Notes: a model not told the origin generated them from the letters alone. A stretch of DNA of 63,356 nucleotides, filler included, from Rhabdomonas costata (GCA_019059605.1; 33 parts of 33 records of this genome joined end to end with filler, not necessarily neighbours in it), one strand, 5' to 3'. Shown: positions 27,007 to 40,478, counted from the first letter of the whole stretch. A program made the numbers and translations.

Positions 27007-27856
27007 GTTCCGCTGCGGGACTGGTTTGCGCTGCTTGGGGATCCCCTCCCAGTGGCCCTGACCTACGCCGAGATGGGGCTGACCCTGTTCCTTCTGGTTG
27101 ACGTAGTATCGTTCTTTCACATGGCGTACAGCGCGCCGAACCACGTTCTGGTGACCCGCCTACCTGCGATCCGCCGTCACTACCTCCGCACATGGTTCCT
27201 GGTCGACCTGCTTGCCGCACTCCCCGTGGACATCTTAATGCGGTACTTCGGTATGGCATGCCCCCGCTGAAGTCAATTTTGTTTTTGCTCCCAACTGTGC
27301 ACATGCTTAATGTAAAAGGGAAGTGGAGGGGTTTCTAAACTGACAAAGCCCCAGGTGTAGCCTTCACTTTTCACCTGCCGCCGTGGGTGCAGCAGAATTA
27401 CAATGCTGTGCTATGTTTCCGAACTTTGTGATTGGGACTGTATCGGTTTTGATTTGGAAAGCGACCACTTTCTGTATTAAGCGCGTGTGCCCACGCGCCA
27501 ATTGCCCTTCGGGGAGTGTAGGGCGGGAAGGGGTGGGATTGTATGAAGCCGCTCGCCCGCGTCACTGTGCAGGTCCCTTGGCAGCGGAGCTGGTGTTCAA
27601 CCACTTGAGGCTGCTCCGGCTGGCCCGGCTGCGCACGCTGTTCCGGCCCAGCGACTGGGAGGGCCGGCTGACCTCGTTCTACGTGCACTTCATGAGCTTC
27701 GTGGTGCCTGTGCTGCGGACCGTGTTCTGGTTCCTCACGTTCGTGCACATCGCCACAGTGGTGCACATGTTTCTCGCGGAGACCGTGCCTGAGGGCCCAG
27801 ACAGGCTCCTGTCGTACATCGACTCCCTGTACTGGGTGATGTACACTCTCAGCACG
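27007..27856 (+). CDS. Cyclic-nucleotide-gated/EAG-type cation channel (S2 to pore helix), partial; exons 27007-27250, 27573-27856
   Basis: IRRHYLRTWFLVDLLAALPVD, S4 LRLLRLARL, YIDSLYWVMYTLST ending just before the expected selectivity filter. Confidence 0.9.
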
Positions 27857-28849
27857 GTATGTGGGCGCGGGTGTGTGGGCGTGGCGAACTGAGAACGCGC
27901 CGATCAAAAAGCAGATGTCAGGAACACCCAGCACACCGCGAGTGCGTGTGTGCATCTGCTGGGGTGTTTTTTCATTTCTTTTTGCCTGCCGTTTCATTGC
28001 CTTGCTGAACTCCTTTTTTCCTGCCAAAGGATTGGCCGAAAAATACTGCTGGGGGGTTGGTATGTTAGGAGTTCATCTCCAACACATATCTCTGTGTTGT
28101 GGATGTGTGGCTAATTGCTTTACAGTTCTTTCTCTTATCGCTGTTCTAGGGGTTCTACCAGGTGGACATATCTGGCCTCTTCAGCCGAGGGAACCTCACC
28201 AATCGCCTCATCGGAAAGGAAATGGGGGAGGGGGGTAGGACCACTTACTTCAGCCCAAAACCTCGCCCTGTTCGCTGGGTGACATCCGCCATGGTCACTC
28301 CCGGCCGGACTGGACTGGACCAACGACTTAACATTGACCTCAGAACTCGAGCTAGAGTGACGGGTTGGGGCTCATATTTGGTGTTATGGTAGTACTCCTG
28401 AGATGAATTGGTTGGCCGCTTCCCGGCCTCGGACTTCTCTCTCCGTCGAGATCTGGCCCCTTCAAGGTCCCATTTCGGCCCTTTTTCGCGCATTTTCGAC
28501 GTAAAAATTTCAAGGGCCCGGGGTGCACTTTCAGGCCCTTTTGGGGCCTGTGCAAGCTTTCGGGCCTGCTTAGCATAGCTAAGGGCTGAGGCCCGATGTG
28601 CACTTGACCTATTGGCATGTCGACGGAAGAGCACCTCCCCTAAAGTCTTCACCATATTCACGCTTTCCAAGTGCACGAAGCGTGTACATGTGTGTGTTTG
28701 TGCGGTAGAACACGCTGGACCATCAAGTAAAAACATCCCCCCCCCACCNNNNNNNNNNNNNNNNNNNNNNNNNNNNNNNNNNNNNNNNNNNNTTAATTAA
28801 TTAANNNNNNNNNNNNNNNNNNNNNNNNNNNNNNNNNNNNNNNNNNNNG

Positions 28850-29033
28850 TGTGGTGGCAGAGTAGGCTGGATGGAAAGAGGCTGAAGTTATCCACCGGGT
28901 TCATGGGGCTCACACGCACCAACACAGAGATTTAGCATGTCGGACGCTAGGCGCTCTATTGAAGGCTTTTTAAAGCCCATGACTGGGTGGATAACTTCAG
29001 CCTCTTTCCATCCAGCCTACTCTGCTACCACGC
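28850..29033. repeat. Terminal fold-back inverted duplication; probable WGA chimera
   Basis: gcagagtaggctggatggaaagaggctgaagttatccacc and its reverse complement. Confidence 0.8.
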
Positions 29034-30844
29034 CTCTGACTTTATTTCATCGCTAGCTGGCGTTGGATCTCCCCACAGGGGCTCTGCGGCGATGTAGCCG
29101 GGATCATGTGGTGCTGTAGGGTCTTCATCAGCTGAGCGCGACCACGGGCCACAAATGACAGGTGGTACTTTGCTGAACTGTGGTAGGCTCGATGCCAAGT
29201 ATCAACGTGGTAGACCATTTATTGCATGCGCTCTAATTGGGCCTGAAAAACTTTCTCTGCCATCACGTGTCACACGCCGTCTATCTGCCAATCATCTCGC
29301 GTGCCTCCTACCTCTTGTGGGTAGTCGTGGATCTGGGATCCGCTTCTGACAGCCTGTATGTAGCCTGTACTAAGTGGGCGCTTCAGCGGTTTACCTGGTT
29401 TTAAACACCCAGAACGATAACGAACTTATTTATCCCAATCCCTGTCTTGCTTCATCTCTTCGTGCGCTGAGGTCTGTCGCCGCCGTGTGGGCTATATATC
29501 TTTATGGTATATAAATCTTTGGTTTCTGGCTTTTGTGTGTGGCTTAGGGATCTCGGGATCCGCGCTTGCTTGCTATATCTGGGTCGTGGGTTCTTCAGCT
29601 GATGAGTGGATAGTGTCTTGGGCAAAATGTGTGGTTGAACGTGACTTCACTTGCTGTGGATTCTGATGTTTGCTTGTTTTAAGTGCATTTGCTTTTAATG
29701 GTTCATCTTTGAGGTTGGATCTTACGTTTTTCTCACAAAAACACAAGTAAAGCAAGAATAAAACACCTCCTGGTGCTACGCAACTGGCGGACAAGTTACG
29801 GTTCTAATGCGTGCCAGTGATACATGCTTCTCAGATGGGGTTGATGCTCTAATATTATCTTGATGTGAATGTTGCGTTTTATCCAGTAGATGATGTTGAA
29901 CACATGAAGGAAGTGGTAATCTAGCAAGATGGTGAGTGGCGTTGAAATTACCCGCACGAACAGCGTTCCGTGTAATTTGCCAAGATTCAACTGAAGGCTG
30001 ACGTCATAATTGGCCAAATTTCCCCGGATTTTTGGCTTTAAAGACAACATCTTTGGCCTGACTCACGGATTAATTATGCACTTATAAGTCTAAGGCCATA
30101 ATACATACAATCCAGCAAAAATAAATGCGCCTTAGCTTCCACAGCAAATGGCATAAAAAGAAAAGGAATAGGGACGTGGATCTGTGAAACTGAATACAGT
30201 CGCAAGTTTTTTGTTCCGCAAAAACGTTTCAAATAACAATCGCTACAAATCTGTATACAACACAGCAATTATGATGATTCTGATGTTTCCATGAGCGCCA
30301 CTTAAACTGGAGGAGTGGTATCAAGAATTAATTGGTACATTACGCGGAAACATTGTGCATCAGCCGACCGAACTGTTTTTTTTGGCAAAAAGTACTTGCA
30401 TTCGTGTTTTTGATTTTTGTAATTTTGGAAACGTGGATGTTAAGTGGATGAAACATGGATTGTATGTGACACCGTACACTTCCCAAACTCTGAATCTCTC
30501 CGCAAGATTAAAATAAACTGTACGCTTCAGTGAGAAGATGTCTCTTTTTCTGTTTCGGCTCCTGTCACACGTCCGCAAGCCTATGGCACGTTGCAGAACT
30601 CATGCCAAGACAGCACTTTGCATGCCATATTGTGAATCGCATAGAGCATTGAATCGATCTGCAATATTTGANNNNNNNNNNNNNNNNNNNNNNNNNNNNN
30701 NNNNNNNNNNNNNNNTTAATTAATTAANNNNNNNNNNNNNNNNNNNNNNNNNNNNNNNNNNNNNNNNNNNNGTGGGGGGTGTGGCAGCTTAGCAAGTACA
30801 ATGCCGTAGAGATGGAAGTATACCGAGCAGCTGCCACATACACT

Positions 30845-31439
30845 GTAGTTGCCATCTTCAAAGAAGAAGAATCGCCTTATAATTCCTTTAGAGCAAACTC
30901 CGCACCACACAGTTACTGAAGGCGTCTGCTCTTCTTGCTCCAAAAAGCGCCGGGGCTTTCCGTGCCCCATGTGCGGCAGTTCTGTTTGTTCACCTTCGCC
31001 TTCAACACGGAACTGGGCCTCGTCGATTTTGAGAAGAAGAGAGTTTCGAAACCCTGCAGTGCGCCACGTGGGAAGTGCCCATTTGCAAAACCTCGCTTGA
31101 TGCGTTGCAGCAGTTGCAGCTTATAGCTTTTAACAACCCCAGCAAAGCCGCAAGACATCATGCACAGTAGATCGGGGAGTTCCAGTCCTTGCTGACAAGC
31201 GCCGTACAGACTCAACTGCCTTAACGCGGTCCTCTAGGCCCGAAGCCATTCGTCCAAGGGCGAAAAAGAAAAAATAACAATTCTGAGAGCAATGAAACAA
31301 GCCTTGCGCAAAACAAGCCTTGCGCATAATCCAAGCATAAACTCTGCTCCACACTTCAGGCTGGCAAGTGTTGTTTTGATTTGATCCGTGCCATTTTTAG
31401 GGCCAAAAAATAAACGTCCAAAAACTTCCGGACAGCCGG
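30845..31439 (-). mobile_element. Tc1/mariner-superfamily transposon relic (rosa/maT-like): left TIR plus frameshifted transposase N-terminal half
   Basis: HTH SVRRLSARTG.PRSTVHDVL, YKLQLLQ, IDEAQFRVEGE-VNKQNCRTWG.ESP, VTVWCG..GII..FFF; the end reads TA|CCGGCTGTCCGGAAG. Confidence 0.85.
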
Positions 31440-31589
31440 TATGCTGTGCTGTGGTATGTGGTATGTGGTATGTGGTGGAATGTATGTTTGACTTTGATGC
31501 TACCGTTGGTTATCGGGTTTGCGGTGGCGTTGCTATTACCTTCTGAACAAATGTTGGGTCCATCCTCTCCTTTCCTCTCGGCTGTGTAG

Positions 31590-31699
31590 TTAACATCGTT
31601 CGCCGGGCTGAGGCAGTGCCGATGGTAAAGGAGGCTGGGGCACAGCACGTGATTGTCTTTCCGGAGGATGACACGCTTCTGCTGGAGATGGTGAAGCAG
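31590..31699 (+). CDS. Exon of an MDR-family (enoyl reductase/quinone oxidoreductase-like) protein
   Basis: tag|NIVRRAEAVPMVKEAGAQHVI..|gt matches the INIVRR...LK..GA..V motif. Confidence 0.65.
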
Positions 31700-32395
31700 G
31701 TTTTTGACCATCTACAGCTGCACAAATGCACAAATTCTATTTACGTTCAGCATCTTCTCAAGTTAATGCATCGGGGGCGTGGGGCTTCCAACACGCACTC
31801 ATACAAGGAAATTTGCACCGTTTCAGTCGAAACCTGAAAAAGTAGCATCAACCTTTTCTTTTTGAGGGCAGCCGAGGCACGCCTTAGTTTAGTTCTAGTT
31901 ACCGCCTTAATTCTTAGTTACCGCAGCGTTGCCAATCAGTATCCCTTCCAAATCTTTTGTATCGCTTCATTCCCGATCCCCCTTCCCTCGAGAAGAGTGT
32001 TTGGTAGGTGTGTTTGCGGGTTCGTGGGTCGCGACGTAGCACACCGGCGGAGCCCCGTTGAAGGCTGCGTTTGACGCCGTGGGGGGCCCCACGGGGGCGG
32101 CGCTACTGCGCTGCCTGAATTCGGGGGGTATCCTTGTGGTGTACGCTGCGGCTTCAGGCGAACCAATCCCCGTGGATTCCACGCTGACCATGCGCAAGGC
32201 TGGCTCCCGCCCCTAGCTGTCCCCTCCCCCCTGCACCGCACCTTCTCACCTGATCTAAGGTGTCTTTCGCTACTTTGCACTAGGTTACACCCCTCTCAGC
32301 TTGGTGTTGGTGTGCTCCGCTCCTCTCCTCCGATGGTATGGGACAGAAGGGTGCAGTGCGCTGATAAGCCGCTTTGTTGTTTAGGTATTGTTGCG

Positions 32396-32585
32396 TTCCA
32401 GTGGAAGATGTTATGCTCGATTGAAAAGGGTTCAAGTAATATGGGCAACCAGCGTTTCGGGAGTCCTGTAGTAGATACAAAAAACCCCAAGCCTGCTTCG
32501 GGCAACCAGTAAATTTCATCTTTTCCCGCTCTCAGAAACAGTTTTTTGAACCCTTTTCAATCGAGCATAACATCTTCCACTGGAA
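32396..32585. repeat. Terminal inverted duplication (about 40-bp arms); probable WGA chimera
   Basis: ttccagtggaagatgttatgctcgattgaaaagggttcaa and its reverse complement at the contig end. Confidence 0.8.
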
Positions 32586-32698
32586 CCCAACACANNNNNN
32601 NNNNNNNNNNNNNNNNNNNNNNNNNNNNNNNNNNNNNNTTAATTAATTAANNNNNNNNNNNNNNNNNNNNNNNNNNNNNNNNNNNNNNNNNNNNGTTG

Positions 32699-32824
32699 GT
32701 GTGTCTGCTCTTTCTTCTTTCATTGCAGCCGCAGCGGAAGACTTGCACTGACCTGTTTCGAGAGGAAGCTCATCGGCAGAACCTTTCGCTGCGGCTGCAA
32801 TGAAAGAAGAAAGAGCAGACACAT
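32699..32824. repeat. Terminal fold-back inverted duplication; probable WGA chimera
   Basis: gtgtctgctctttcttctttcattgcagccgcagcg and its reverse complement. Confidence 0.8.
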
Positions 32825-33061
32825 TTTCACCCAACGCTCAGTTTGTCCTCTTCATTTCTTTTTCTTTTTTGAGAACTTCGCGTGGGTGCAGTGTGGGTAC
32901 ACAGCATAATTGACCACAAAAACAATTTCTGGAAAAAAAACCCTGGACTTATAACAACAAAAAAGCGTGGACAAGATTCGGGGCCCTGAGTGACGCCAAC
33001 CCCCCAAGCGCCCCCCGCACCGAGCTCACCCATTCATGCACACGGCGCAAACTCTGCCCAC

Positions 33062-33960
33062 CTGTGGGGGCTCGTACGGCATCGTGAGAAGGTTGACGTA
33101 CTGCTCCGCCAGAGGAGTGTGGCGGTGCCTCTGCATGTGCTTCAGGTTGGCTCGGGCCTGCCTGTCCTCCATCCGCTGTGACAGGCCCCATCGAAAACCC
33201 ACAAATAAGACTACAATATTAAAGCACCCCTAAAAAAAAACTTGTTTCTCCTGCGCCTAACCACATGTTCCACATGTGGAGACACCGTTTTTTTTGGGGG
33301 GGGGGGCAGACGCCCCTTCCAATTCTAACTGTGCGAAAATTTTCCGCAGAACGAGAAAAACCACAACCCCCTATATCCCACTGCCCACGTGCGACAGTAC
33401 AGCCTTGTCGCCTTAATTCTGGGACCGTGCAGTCATTTGCCTCAATCTCAATGAGTCATGCAGCAGTGATCAGTTGGTCCGGTCCATCATTTGCTCAGTC
33501 AGGCAAGTAACTGCAAAAGGTTTTCATCCCCCAGCTGGAACATTTTTTCAGAAGGGGCTTTCATTCAGGGCTCAAGGCGGGCGGTCCTGATTATAGAGCC
33601 TACTTGCTCCCACTTTTTTCTATTTACTTTTCACCCATTTTTAGTACACTTGTTTGACTTCCAGGGACGAAGCTGTCACTCGATAACTCCACCACCGTAC
33701 CTCCTCCTCCTCCCAGCATACCTGCTGGGCCAGAGTCTCATCGTTCAGGCTCTTCAGGCACGTCGACGAAATCTCAGAGGGGTGCGCGCTTCGGCACCGC
33801 CGTCCCGGGGTGTGCACAGGGGTGGTGGCACGGTCCGAAGGCGATGCGGTGAAGGGGTTATAAGTCGTCTCTTGCATTGTCCGGAAAACCTTTTTGTTCA
33901 GCAGGGAATTGGGCAGCTGGAGGGGTGGGTAGCGATCCAGGAAGTCAAGATTCCCACGAC
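33062..33960 (-). CDS. Hypothetical protein, two exons (~33960-33722 and 33175-33062)
   Basis: ..SLNDETLAQQ|gt..ag|RMEDRQARANLKHMQRHR..PPQ|gt in phase; no family recognised. Confidence 0.45.
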
Positions 33961-34454
33961 AGTCAGGAAATTAGTGATATAATAGTTCAGCTGCTGACAC
34001 ACCGGCGAGGGGCAAGGCAGACGATGTGCCAGCGTGCAGTTCTTCTCTAATCAAGAAGGACACTCACGCTGCAATAATCAAGCACACGTCTTATGAGGCC
34101 TGTAACGCAGCAACAAGGGGAAGCATTCCGACCTACTGAGGTTCCGGCATGTACAAAATGTTTTTGCTGCCGGCCGAACAGCCCAAGGTTTGTGAGGGTT
34201 TCCATAAGAGTCCAGAATTGCACCCTTCAGTCTTATTCGGGCATATGAGTTAAGTTTACCATTCTATCCACTTTAGAAAAGAAACGAGACGAAACGCGCA
34301 GCGCCAACAACAACAACGACAGCTGGAGCTCCATCCAAAATTAGGCGCCGGGACGGTGTATCAGTTTTGTTGTTGGCGGGTCCGAAGCCCACAAAGGTCA
34401 TCGCGGGACTTTCGCAATTCCTGTCTCGAGCCGAGGGACATAAAACCCACCCAA

Positions 34455-34455
<1 letters not shown>

Positions 34456-34521
<66 letters not shown>
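34456..34521 (+). repeat. (CA)n microsatellite
   Basis: Long perfect dinucleotide run at the contig end. Confidence 0.95.
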
Positions 34522-34524
<3 letters not shown>

Positions 34525-35527
34525 AAAACANNNNNNNNNNNNNNNNNNNNNNNNNNNNNNNNNNNNNNNNNNNNTTAATTAATTAANNNNNNNNNNNNNN
34601 NNNNNNNNNNNNNNNNNNNNNNNNNNNNNNGGTTTTTGGTCTCAAGAGGAGAGGTCAGTCCTTGGGGAGCGATGTGTTCTTTCTCTACCAGCTTCTCTGT
34701 TTCGACATTGTCCTGTTGGGGAGAAGCGGACTGAGTCTGAGTGTGTCTCGGTGCGTTGGCAGTGAATGCGGAGAAGCCGAACCGAAAAGGGTCCTTCGCT
34801 GCGTCCGCCTGGGTGCATTTTTAACCCGACTTAAACTCACACTCACACTCTCTCACGCAGTCGGTTCACCGCGCAGGTGCTCTTGACTTTCTCTTTTGTT
34901 TTTGCAATCGGGAAATGAATAGGCTCGGAGATAAGTCCTCGAAGAAGTGGAAAATTCGGGCGCCGGGGTGCCTGTGCTGCACTTCCTGCATTTCCAACCG
35001 TTTTCTATTTTGTGTCTTTCTCTGCCTGTATCTTCCAGTCCTTCTGTGCATGTCCTGTTTGCTTTGGTTTGCTCCTGCCATAAAACTGTGCTCGTTCCAT
35101 GTGTGCGACTGTGACCCTGTGTATATGCGGCTGTTCAGTGGTGAATGCAATTCGACGAAGCGAGCCCTTGACAGGAACACGGGTGCATCTATGGTGGATG
35201 GGGGTGATGCGCAGGCTGCCGGAAGAGGTGGTAATGCAAGTCTGGGTCGAGTAGCTACAATTTTTATTTTGGTGTTCCGAAGTCGGTCGCACAAGTAGCT
35301 GGTACCTCAACCACAACTGGCTACATCATGGCTGGAGGGATGAGGTAATTCCTCACCAATGGACCGTGGTGGAAACGCGCTTATTATTTCTTCTCCATGA
35401 GATCATGCGGCTTCCGCTTTGAGACATTTCATCGTCCCACGTTTCCGAAAATCCGAAAAGATGATATGTTTTGGTTATTTGTGCATGGTCTTGTCTATTT
35501 TTGTGGGGGCTTTAGCAATTATTAGAA

Positions 35528-36453
35528 ATGAAAACAACAATGTCACTAGTGGGCATCCTGGTCCTGCTGGGTATGACCACCGCCACTCCTGTGGTGAAGT
35601 CCGTGATCCAGTCAGGCACCATCGCTCCGTCCGTCCAGATTGTGGAGGGTCGTCACCCGAATGCCCTGGCTTGGGGCTCCTACGATGATGCCACAATCCT
35701 TACCGAAGGTACGCCTGTGTGAGCCTTTGCTGGTGTTGCAGCATTCCACTCGCTATTGCTACTTCATGTGAATGCCAATATACAGCACCTGTGCGCACGT
35801 GTGCTGATGGATGCAGGACTTTGGCTTCCTGCTGGGTGCGGAGGGTCCCTATTTCTGCTCTGTGGCGTATGCATAGGCTGGGGCCGCCTCTACATCACCA
35901 CGGAGCTGGGCACTAATGAGGGCTGGTGGGCTGCGGGCTTCCTGGAGGGCAGCCTGACTTCTCCCCGCATTTATCAGCACTACGCTAGCTGGTACGACTC
36001 GAACTACCCGAATGGAAGCACCCCTTCAAGCCCGTCGAAGGATATGTGGAAGTTTATCCAGGACCAGTACGAGTGGGCTGCCTCGCAGGCCGAGAAGCAC
36101 AGCGCCGAGAGCTGCAACTACTGGACCCAGGTCGCTCGAATCCTGAGCTTCACCAACGGGATGGCCGCAGGCCAGGCCTTTTTTGCTCCGGCGAAAGAGT
36201 CGCTGTCATGGCTCGAGGTGCTGCTTCTGCAGGCGAAGGGCGATTTCCTTGATATTAAGAAAAAGTTGGACCCGAGCACGTGCGTGGACTGGGATCGCCT
36301 CTCCGATGAGGAGCAACTCCTGGAATGGCACAAGCGGGTGTCATGCTCCGTGCTGTGGAAGGTGAACGACGCGCTGACCAACGTGTTCGTGGCACACAAT
36401 TCCTGGTTTTTTTACCAGACCATGCTGCGCATCCTGAAGCACTACGACCTGGC
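35528..36453 (+). CDS. Phospholipase B-like Ntn hydrolase (PLBD family) with signal peptide, partial; exons 35528-35708, 35877-36453
   Basis: Hydrophobic N-terminus; GWG.L.I, AAGFLEG.LT..RI, YW.QV, GD..D, SCS.L.K..V.HNSW..Y..MLRI.K.Y. Confidence 0.92.
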
Positions 36454-37459
36454 NNNNNNNNNNNNNNNNNNNNNNNNNNNNNNNNNNNNNNNNNNNNTTA
36501 ATTAATTAANNNNNNNNNNNNNNNNNNNNNNNNNNNNNNNNNNNNNNNNNNNNTGCCCAGCGGTACTAGCGCCGGATCTTCGGTGAGCTGCGGTGGGGTG
36601 TCACACCCTGGTCCCTCACACTCAGGTTCCGCCGCTGCCTTGCAATTACTGCGTGTCTTTCGCCGTCCCAAAACAGTGCTTCGGCGGCTCCGGGCCGTCA
36701 TGTCACCAGTGGAGGTGTTGGATTTCGGCGCCTCCGGCTGGCACAGACGTCGCAGTTCCTCTGCTGTCCGCGGCTCGGTTGGGGCATCGCTGCCTCTGTC
36801 CTCTTCACTCAGCTGCCTGAAGTGCCCTGGGTATCCGGAACTTGAGGAGGAAGAGGAGGTGGTGGTGGTGGGAGCCGTTTGGACATTTCGGTGTGAGCAA
36901 TTTCGTGTCCGTCGATGTCGGTTGCAGGAACTCTCTGTTTGTGTCCCATCTCTCTGCTCTCCAGAACCTCGCCTGTAGCAAGATATAGGAGTGTGGCAAA
37001 ACATCTGACCTGCTCATCGACTCCCACAAGGTATTCCGTATTCCGTTTGGGACTCCTCAGAGGTGGGACCTTCGATGGCCACAGGGTCGGCCTGGTACTC
37101 GGTGAGGGCAGGAGCAGGCTGGTGAGCGTGTTCACTGCTCAGCACACAAAAGCTCCTCTCCTCCAACATCCGCGGTGATTATTTTTTGGCTGCAGAGTTT
37201 TTTCTTGCGCTGGACAACTGCTCCTGTGGTGCGGGAGACGCGTGAAGTTACTCTGCGAGCCCGCTCTTCGATTGCCACGACGGTTTCGGGGTCGCGGTCC
37301 ATAGGATAGGACTCACATACGGGGTGTTTGTGTGTAATATCAGACAAACGTTACGGAACTCGCTCAATAAAGATGTGGAAAAACTGATAAAGGAAGTTAA
37401 CCACAGCATCTGTGGCAACAACTGTGAGATTTTACGAACCACGCCATAATGTTACCAGC

Positions 37460-38375
37460 TTCAGTTCCCTGAGGGCTTTTCCACTCCAAAATGACAGATA
37501 ATAGGATAGATTTAAAAACGGACAGCAAGGGTTGCGCAAATTCTATATTGAATGTGCCAAGCGGAAGATGTGGAGCTGAGGAATCAGCTAAAGAGTTTGC
37601 AGGAGCTCGGTTTCATAGAACCAGCAACCTCTCATTACTGATCTGGAGTGATGTTTGTGCCAAAAGCCAACAGCAAATTGAGACTTTGTGTGGACTACAG
37701 ACCGCTGCATGCAATTACTCTCACGGATTTGTACAACATGCCACTGATAGACGAGAAGATTGATCACGCAGTCAAAGCTAAAAGGTTTTCGAAGTTAGAC
37801 TTGCACGGATGACTTTACTTTACTTTAGATTACGGCATTTAAGAGGAAGTACGGAGCCTACCAGTTTTGGTGATGCCGTTCGGCTTGTGTAACGCCACGT
37901 TGTATTTTAGCGGACGATGGATTTCATGGAAGACATTTGGAAGACGACGGGGGCCTACGTGGATGACATGTTGCTACACACGGACACGTTAGAAGCGCAC
38001 GTCTAGTCGCTTAGAGTGCTATACCAAAACAAACAAATGCGTGTTTGCTCAGTAAGAGGTAGAGTACTGTGGTTTCATTGTGTGATGGAATGGAAACAAG
38101 CCACAGCAGAGAAAGCTCATGGCGAGATATAAGTGGCCTCAGCTAAAGAACCTACGGATGTGAAAAGCTTCTTATGACTGTGTGGTTTTTTACCAGAGGT
38201 TTGTGGGGTACTACGCCACAGTGGTAGACCCCCTGACTGACTGACGATGGGAAGTTACATATCGTGGCGTGCCGGTCGAGAAAGCTGTCGATGGCAGAAA
38301 AGAATTACCAGGTCCACGAAAATGAGTTTTTAGCGTTGGCGGATTCATTGTAGGAGTGGAGACATTACCTGTTGG
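37460..38375 (+). mobile_element. Ty3/Gypsy LTR retrotransposon RT-RNase H pseudogene
   Basis: RIDL, VPKANSKLRLCVDYRPL, FSKLDL, VMPFGLCNA, YVDDML, YQRFV, NY.VHE.E.LA...EWRHYL with many stops and frameshifts. Confidence 0.9.
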
Positions 38376-40399
38376 NNNNNNNNNNNNNNNNNNNNNNNNN
38401 NNNNNNNNNNNNNNNNNNNTTAATTAATTAANNNNNNNNNNNNNNNNNNNNNNNNNNNNNNNNNNNNNNNNNNNNGGTTTGGTTGGAAAACCCTAAACAA
38501 ATTGTCGCTGAGATAGAACACGTCAAGTCTGTACCCGATATTATCCTGTGCATTCAGATGGTCTCTGAGTGCTGCAGACGCCTCGGACGGATAAATTCCT
38601 TGCGTGGAAAGATTCTTCAAACAGCCAACGGTTCTTCGTATAGAGAGGAAAGCAGAACGGCCAAGGATGCAAGACGTGTCACCGTGCTGGTGCGAGGGCA
38701 CAGGCAAGTGTGTGAGGCAGAGGCGGAGTGGCAGTCGTGAGTCCACTGCTTCAACAATCGCAGCACAGCGCAACGAGGCCTCACGCAGAAAAGAGCACCA
38801 CAAAAAACAAAAAGCACACGCAAGCATTATGCAGAAAAAGAACCCTGGGAGTTGGGAGTTGGGAGTGACCGCTTCCAGTGGTAACCGTACCAGTGACACG
38901 GTCCTCTTTTTTGAAACGCTTTGAACCCCAATTATTTTCTTTTACAGTTTTATTATTTTCTTTGGAAACGGTTCAGAGGTGGGTGCTAGTCGCTGATGCA
39001 ATTCTGATAGAATTCACACTACCGAGTCGTTCACGCCATCACAACACCGCGCGGACTGGCATCCAACTCCCTACCCAAACCCGCAAGACTCGTTTGCCAA
39101 ATCACACCAAGTCCCTTGCCAGCATAATTGTAAGTATTAAGCCCACCTGCATCCTCTAAGCCAACATTAACCACAATCCACGGTGCACGGCCAGAGCCTA
39201 CCTGAGAGTTGGGTGAGCATTCTTACTCGTTAATCCCCTCCCCTCTCTCATCACCTTTCCACCCCCGGAAGCTGAATGCCATACGCATGAGACAAATAAG
39301 GGGACCCAGCTTTCCGCACAAGCCCACCCTGATCTGCAACACAGACAACAGGAGGAATAGGTGTGGAGTTTTCAATCCGCCGTGGATGCCGTCACGGAGA
39401 AGAAGATGATGATCACCAGGAAATACCCCAGGTGGAGAAAGCACGCGAAGACGAGTTCCGAGAAGATCCAGAAGATGGGATAGGGCTTCCGATAGGGCGC
39501 TGGAGGAGCCGCTGCCGCCGGGGGTCCGCACAGCAGGGGGTTACGTCTGTGTGGAGCCCGGGGGGCATACCTCACAAACACAGAAGTAGATAAACCTCAC
39601 CCTGCGAGGGGACCTCGCTCGATGTATACAGCCTGTCATTTACTCAAGCAATTTCGAAAAAGGAGATTACCATTGCTTCGCGACGTTCAAGGGGAGAGAC
39701 AGTGTGGGTTGGGCGCATTGCGCGCTGGCTGTTGCCTGGTGGACTGGTTGACCTGGTTGTGTGTGTGTGTGTGTGGCGAATGCAGGGGATAGGGACAAGC
39801 CCTGGATCTCAATGATGCGTTCTGCGGACGTGGTGGTGGTGGTGGTGGTGGTACGATGACGGGGACAGGAAAGTTTTTGCGAATCCCAACAAACGCGGCT
39901 GGAGTGCGACAGATTGGGATTGGCCCTGCACCATTAGATGGAAGCTCAATTCAATGACCCAACACCCAAATGACGAACTCTGAGATCAACCCACGACCAC
40001 TGACGAGGGTCAACGAATGTGACGAGAATGCAACAGACCGAAACTTGCTCTCCTTTCCACCATTTTTTTCCGTTGCGATGAGGTTGATCGATACGGATCT
40101 GCCAAAGACACTGTTACCGTACGATATTAACTAACGCTACCACTCTGGCCAGCAAGGAGCAAGAAATGAGTGGATACAAAAAAAACGGGAAAATTGTTAA
40201 TTTCGGGGGTGGGGTAACCGTTTCGGCCATTCTGGATCGATTGGGACAATAGTAGTTTAGGGGCGGAGGCAAGCCGCTGCAACGGTCACCCCACCCNNNN
40301 NNNNNNNNNNNNNNNNNNNNNNNNNNNNNNNNNNNNNNNNTTAATTAATTAANNNNNNNNNNNNNNNNNNNNNNNNNNNNNNNNNNNNNNNNNNNNGGG

Positions 40400-40478
40400 T
40401 TTTGGGAGTATATGGGTAATGACCCGGGGAAGCTGGACATATTCCAGCTTCCCCGGGTCATTACCCATATACTCCCAA
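40400..40478. repeat. Terminal fold-back inverted duplication; probable WGA chimera
   Basis: tttgggagtatatgggtaatgacccggggaagctgga and its reverse complement. Confidence 0.85.

Noticed and set aside
29580..30300. Possible MULE-type transposase relic on the minus strand (LLDCMY, LC..EKNV)
   Set aside because: Motifs too short and fragmented to support without a profile search
39363..39409. FNPPW as a DNA methyltransferase motif IV
   Set aside because: Isolated in a short ORF with no SAM-binding motif; probably chance
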